Below are positions 62,270 to 64,000 of a stretch of DNA of 64,000 nucleotides, in pieces. Where the stretch lies: the IMG/VR virus record IMGVR_UViG_3300005573_000052. The stretch is one strand, 5' to 3'. The notes beneath the pieces are model-generated. The model was given only the letters and a program-made list of their open reading frames with translations, did not search any database and was not told the origin of the DNA. Position 1 is the stretch's first letter. Each line of letters opens with the position of its first letter. Source of the DNA: a virus. Both the position numbers and the translations under genes were made by a program.

Positions 62270-63508
62270 ATGCACAAAGGTTACAGTTTCCGCCTTTACC
62301 CGACAGAGACCCAAAAGGCTCTGCTTGAAAAGCATTTTGGTTGCGCTAGATGGGTCTATAATTGGGCTCTGGAACAGAAAATCGCCTATTACCAGAAAGA
62401 AAAAAAGGGAGTGTCAATGTATGAGGTGGCAAGGGAATTGACCAAGCTAAAGCGTGAAGAGGGGAAAGAATGGCTTCAAGAAGTGTCGAGTCAGTCTCTC
62501 GGCTATTCCATGATGCATTTGGATAGAGCTTTTACTAATTTTTTCAAGCACAAAAAGGGATTTCCTAAGTTCAAAAGCAAGAAAAAGAGCCGAGCGAGTT
62601 TCACTCACAATTTGAGTAACGATCTCAACGAAGAGAAGGGGCTTGTTTACGCAACCAATTTTAGAGAGGGGATAAGATGTGTTTTCACTCGTCCTGTCGA
62701 AGGGAAGATTAAGCGGATGACGTTTTCCCGGACCAAGACGGGAAAATACTATGTCGGGATATTAGTCGAGACCCCGGAGGAGTTCCCCACACCCCCGCCT
62801 CCAAGGGAAGAACTCTCCGTAGGAATAGACTTAGGGCTGAAGACGTTTGCAACATTAGACGACGGAACCAAGATTGATACCCCGAAATTCCTTCAAGGTT
62901 CCCTCCAAAGGCTCAGGCGAGCGCAAAAGCATTTAAGTCGCTGCCAATATGGGTCCAAAAATTGGGAAAAGGCGCGTGACAAGGTGGCCAGACTGCATGA
63001 GCACGTAGCTAACTCCCGAAAAGATTTTCTGCACAAGGTCAGTCATAAACTAGTATGCGATAATCAAGCTACTACGTTATGCATTGAAAACTTGGACATA
63101 ACAGAAATGATAGAAAAGGCCCCTTCGCGGCGTAAAAGGTCGATTTACGACGCGGGGTGGAGGATGTTTAGGGGTATGCTAGAATACAAGTGCGAGTGGC
63201 ACGGCAAAAATTTAATGATGATAGGCCAGTTCGAGCCTTCAAGCAAGATATGCTCGTGCTGTGGGGAGATGAACAAAGACCTCGGCAAAAAACGAGAATG
63301 GACGTGTAAAAAATGTGAGACACACCACGACCGAGACATCAATGCCGCCAAAAACATAAAAAAAATAGCCTTTTGCAAGCAGAACACTGTGTCTGCCAAG
63401 ATTTTACCGCCGGACAGGCGGGATGTTAAGCCTGTGGAGAGTTCCGTTTTGGAATTCAACGAAGCAGGAACGGAAAAGGATCGCCTAACTCCCTCACGGG
63501 GTGTATAG
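62270..63508 (+). CDS. tnpB: TnpB RNA-guided endonuclease (IS200/IS605 or IS607 type), no TnpA nearby
   Basis: YSFRLYPT, FGCARWVYN, GIDLG, CIENL, CSCC...CKKC, DRDINAAKNI. Confidence 0.93.
   Translation: MHKGYSFRLYPTETQKALLEKHFGCARWVYNWALEQKIAYYQKEKKGVSMYEVARELTKLKREEGKEWLQEVSSQSLGYSMMHLDRAFTNFFKHKKGFPKFKSKKKSRASFTHNLSNDLNEEKGLVYATNFREGIRCVFTRPVEGKIKRMTFSRTKTGKYYVGILVETPEEFPTPPPPREELSVGIDLGLKTFATLDDGTKIDTPKFLQGSLQRLRRAQKHLSRCQYGSKNWEKARDKVARLHEHVANSRKDFLHKVSHKLVCDNQATTLCIENLDITEMIEKAPSRRKRSIYDAGWRMFRGMLEYKCEWHGKNLMMIGQFEPSSKICSCCGEMNKDLGKKREWTCKKCETHHDRDINAAKNIKKIAFCKQNTVSAKILPPDRRDVKPVESSVLEFNEAGTEKDRLTPSRGV
63405..63500 (+). ncRNA. TnpB omega-RNA scaffold and possible guide
   Basis: AAGCCTGTGGAG...GAAGCAGGAA overlapping the tnpB 3' end. 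Confidence 0.6.
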
Positions 63509-63552
63509 ACGTAAACCGACTCTGGTGTCAATTTTCTTTCAAGGAGCCCACA

Positions 63553-64000
63553 ATGCCTAACACATTTTTCCAAGGTGCCGAACTGGCCATGTCCAGCGGC
63601 GTAACGCCCGGAGTAATGGCCAACATCCAGCGTCTTCAGGATGTCCGCATTGACTACCAGATTCCCCGCACCGAGGTCCGAACCTTGGGCCGTTTCAAAC
63701 CCCTGAACGACCGCCCAGTAATCAATTATACCCCGGTTAACATGTCGGTCAGCTACGTCAAGTCTAACAAGGACGTAGAACGTAATTTAGGCATCCTGAA
63801 CAGCACGGGTGTGGCTGTGCAAATCGGTCAGAATGTGGAACTTACAAGCTGGGGCTGTCGGAACTACACGCTTTACAACGCTCCGGTCACATCGCCCAAC
63901 TACGCCAATGAGTGGGACGTTGTCTCAGGCGTCCTCAAGTCGTTCGCGCTCAATGGGTCGGTTGGCCAGCCGGTCAACGGGTCGTTCAGTGTGGAAGCCC
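63553..64000 (+). CDS. putative major tail/tube protein (partial)
   Basis: MPNTFFQGAE...RLQDVRIDYQIPRTEVRTLG; late motif upstream. Confidence 0.55.
   Translation, partial: MPNTFFQGAELAMSSGVTPGVMANIQRLQDVRIDYQIPRTEVRTLGRFKPLNDRPVINYTPVNMSVSYVKSNKDVERNLGILNSTGVAVQIGQNVELTSWGCRNYTLYNAPVTSPNYANEWDVVSGVLKSFALNGSVGQPVNGSFSVEA

Noticed and set aside
63471-63495. TnpB guide self-targeting within the window
   Set aside because: The best match I noticed is only CGGAAAAGG (9 nt, near 12568), which is chance level. No exhaustive search was run.

Overview
This window is a 64-kb piece of a large tailed bacteriophage genome. The left arm (1-30.6 kb) is on the minus strand. It carries a DNA methyltransferase, RecA-like recombinase, class II ribonucleotide reductase, metallophosphoesterase, a stand-alone response-regulator receiver domain, and a long sugar synthesis/decoration cluster (Gmd, nucleotidyltransferase, split transketolase-like pair, SDR epimerase, kinase, sulfotransferase, methyltransferases, nucleoside hydrolase and many glycosyltransferases). 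After back-to-back promoters at ~30.6 kb the plus strand carries a dense RNA-gene island (32.4-41.7 kb). It holds about 38 recognisable tRNAs, most with degenerate T-loops, plus several non-canonical RNAs: a ~255-nt RNase P RNA-like ribozyme with a reduced specificity domain, three tandem Y-RNA-like genes directly upstream of a Ro60/TROVE gene, two tRNA-Arg genes (UCU, CCU) with the anticodon and D arms in swapped order, a circularly permuted anticodon-less tRNA, and separate tmRNA-like coding and alanyl-acceptor modules. Further right are a sigma factor, more glycosyltransferases, SSB- and SSAP-like genes, small accessory ORFs, neck/tail genes and a solo TnpB with its omega-RNA. About ten homing-type endonucleases are scattered through the window. 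The strongest candidate for an undescribed system is a phage-private tRNA maturation and quality-control module (mini RNase P + elbow-degenerate tRNAs + Ro60/Y RNAs). All calls come from manual reading and pairing by eye; no database search or folding program was run.
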